From Squalus acanthias (lineage: Eukaryota): 64,000 nt of DNA. Where the stretch lies: contig CM059432.1 of the NCBI GenBank assembly GCA_030390025.1, positions 122,328,001 through 122,392,000 on the forward strand, given 5' to 3'. A program made the position numbers and the translations under genes. Under the pieces are notes generated by a model, which ran no database searches, was not told the DNA's origin, and saw only the letters and a program-made list of their open reading frames with translations. How positions within the stretch are numbered: the first letter of the stretch is position 1; every line of letters starts with the position of its first letter. This document shows, in pieces, positions 61,285-64,000 of the stretch.

Positions 61285-62164
61285 ATCAGATTGATATTCC
61301 TGCCTTATCCTACTGTATGCATTTCCTTCTTCGTGACTATGGCAGGATTTCGATCACCAGGGGTGTTTCCCCAATGAACATATAAGGATTATACCACGGG
61401 AGACTGCAAACCACAGATGGCATTAACTGATCGTTTTGACACACTCTCCAAGTCACTGTGGCACTAATTGCTTCCCCTGGTAGTCATTTTAAGCCTAAGG
61501 TGGCAGTGCCTGCTTGCCCTAATGAACACCTAAAGCTGTGACAATGCTAAATCTTCTCCCTAAGGTTGCTCTGGTCTCAGATCAATACAGCCTCTCTTCC
61601 TAGATTTACAGAACACCCTGACAGCGCCACACAATCATTTTCTAGTTCCAGTTAGAGGGGGGATGCCCGTATTAGTTGCATAACTTCATTACTCTTCTGC
61701 TGAAATCTTTGAGTTAAGTGGGATTGAGTAAAACCTTGCTGCTTCTAATAAAGAACGGAGAACGTTTTCAAAGACAAAATTTGGTTTTGATCCAAATTGT
61801 ACGAACTGATCAAATTCGCACTGATTTGCTTCTCAGACCTGGATCGTTATTTTTGCTCAGAGAGGCGAATCGAGGCACAACTTGAAATAATTTTACCTGA
61901 AACTGCCACTTTATGTAAAGACTTATAATTCCAAACATTTGCAAAGAAAGAGAGTAGGCCGGTGTGTTTCTTATGTAGTATGGGATGGTTCAGACACAAC
62001 CTCTGTCAAACAGAACAATAACTGCACTGCACGCTGTGGGAATTTCCTCCTAGCGGCTGCTGCTCCACCAGCGTAACTTCACCAGAAACCCCGATTACAT
62101 GTGTAAACAAGAGTTTCGCCGCACTTCTGATGGAGTGGCAACAACAACGTCTTGCAGTTATATA

Positions 62165-62378
62165 AAGAAAGACTTGCATTTATATAGCGCCTTTCACAAG
62201 CACTGGACGTCTCAAAGCGCTTTACAGCCAATGAAGTACTTTTGAAGTGGAGTCACTGTTGTGATGTGGGAAATGCGGCAGCAAATTTGCGCACAGCAAG
62301 CTCCCATAAACAACAATGTAATAATGACCAGCTAATCTGGTTTTTTTTGTTATGTTGGTTGAGGGATAAATATTGGCA
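62165..62378 (-). mobile_element. Deu-type SINE 3' half
   Basis: Inverted match to 48063-48163, plus GCCAATATTTATCCCTCAACCAAC...GGGAGCTTGCTGTGCGCAAATT on the minus strand. Confidence 0.65.
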
Positions 62379-62380
62379 CT

Positions 62381-62840
62381 TTAAATGTGGTAAAACATCA
62401 CAAGGTGATTCACAGGAGCGTAATTAGGCAAAATATTTGACAACGAGCCACATAAGGAGATATTAGGACAGGTGACCAAAGGCTTGATCAAAGAGGTAGG
62501 TTTTAAGAAGTGTCGTAAAGAAGGAAAGAGAGCAGTAGAGAGGCGGAGAGATTTAGGGAGGGAATTCCATAGCTTAGGGCCTAGGCAGCTGAAAGCACGG
62601 GCGCCAACGGTGGGGCGAAGGAAGTCAGGGATGCACAAGAGGCCAGAATTGGAGGAACTAGAGTTCTCGGAGGGTTGTAGGGCTGGAGGAAGTTACAGAG
62701 ATAGGGAGGGGCGAGGCCATGGAGGGATTTGAACACAAGGATGAGAATTTTAAAATCGAGGCATGTCAATGTAGATCAGCAAGCACAGGGGTGATGGATC
62801 AATGGGACTTGGTGTGAGTTCGGATACGGGCAGCAGAGGA
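62381..62840 (-). mobile_element. L2 LINE 3' fragment
   Basis: LDFKILILVFKSLHGLAPPYLCNFLQPYNPPR, GARAFSCLGPKLWNSLPKSLR. Confidence 0.85.
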
Positions 62841-64000
62841 ATTCCCGGAATGTTAGGCAGACAGAACGAACCAAAAAAGATTTTTGGTTTAAAAAAAGAA
62901 GAAATTCAAGAAAATAATTAAAGTAGAAGGAAAGGTCTGGGTGGTACTTTCAGTATAAAGTATAAAGTATTTCCTCACCTGTATAATTTCAAAAGAAAAT
63001 TTGTGTCCCTTTGACCTTGTCAGGGACAACTTCAATGTAGGCATCCATTTGCATCTTATGGAGTGGTATTTTGTATGTGAAATTCTTGGGGCCGTGGAGT
63101 TAGACCTAAGGCTCCAAATGAGGCCTGAGCAATGCTCTGAATAATTGGAATTTCAGGACCATTGGTGTGAATTTTAAACCCCAAAAACAGGTGGGTTTGG
63201 GTCGGGTGAGATGTTAAAATTTTAATAATCTCAACCTGACCCCAACCCACCCACTTCCGGGTTTAATAGAGGCAGGACAAGGGGCGGGCAGCCAACCCGC
63301 TCCAGGAGGCCGGTTGGCCATTCAAATATTTTAATGAGGCTGGCAGCCTCAGATTTAACCTTATTCACATATTTAACCCTGGCCGGCCAGGTTTCCCAGG
63401 CCTCAGGAAACCCTGGCAGTTCAAGGGAGGGTTTGGGGAGAAGAAAGGTGCCTTTACAGCACTGCTTGTGAGCTTCACCCGGCGCCCCCCCCCCCCCCAC
63501 AAGCTTACCTTCCTCCCTTGGAACGGATCCCCCCGCCCCGCCCATCAGACCCCCCACCCTATACAAATAACCCCCGATTTGCGATGAGACCCCCCCGTCA
63601 TCCACCGGGTCGGGGATCGGAACCCCCCTGCCCCCCCACCCACACACACACTCCCATTAGCAGCTGCAGGCTCCTTACCTGGGGCTGCGGCCTGCCCTGG
63701 AGTGCTCCCCGCCCGACTGGAAGCCAGGCCTGTCAATCAGGCTGACTTCCGGGCGGGGATCCTGCTGTAAAAATAAATATGCACACTGCGGAGTCAAAAC
63801 CCCACAGCATGTGGGGAAACAAGGACTTGCGAAACTTCACTCCCCCTCCCCCTCCCCACCGGCTTACCAAACCCGCCCCAGTCAAGATCGGCGTGTTACA
63901 TTTGGGGCACACCACCTTAGGAATTGCATGAGGTCATCATGGTCTGACTCACCTGCTGGGGGAGTGGGGGCTGGTGCCGATTCCTCTGGATGATCACTCG

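Overview
A vertebrate, repeat-dense window. The repeat repertoire (CR1, L2, Deu-type SINE tails, Penelope, many PIF/Harbinger families) points to a cartilaginous fish, probably a shark; this is inference. I found no host protein-coding exon; every recognisable protein is transposon-encoded. Main contents: (1) a decayed Ty3/Gypsy element (17021-25331) with a full-length LINE and a 1.4-kb solo LTR nested in it; (2) a single-ORF APE+RT LINE family in two full-length copies (18381-21640, 40882-44139), two 5'-truncated copies and two internally deleted SINE derivatives; (3) PIF/Harbinger transposons and MITEs with 3-bp TSDs, including a 4.8-kb element with an open three-exon Myb/SANT gene and a broken transposase; (4) CR1, L2 and Penelope fragments, the latter with minimal hammerhead ribozymes. 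Most striking: the full-length LINEs begin with a tRNA-like RNA polymerase III promoter (box A/box B), have a structured leader instead of ORF1, show no in-frame ATG at the start of the ORF, and contain no TTTT (Pol III terminator) on their ~3.25-kb sense strand. Together these suggest a Pol III-transcribed, protein-coding LINE with its own SINE partner. All alignments and motif scans were done by eye.
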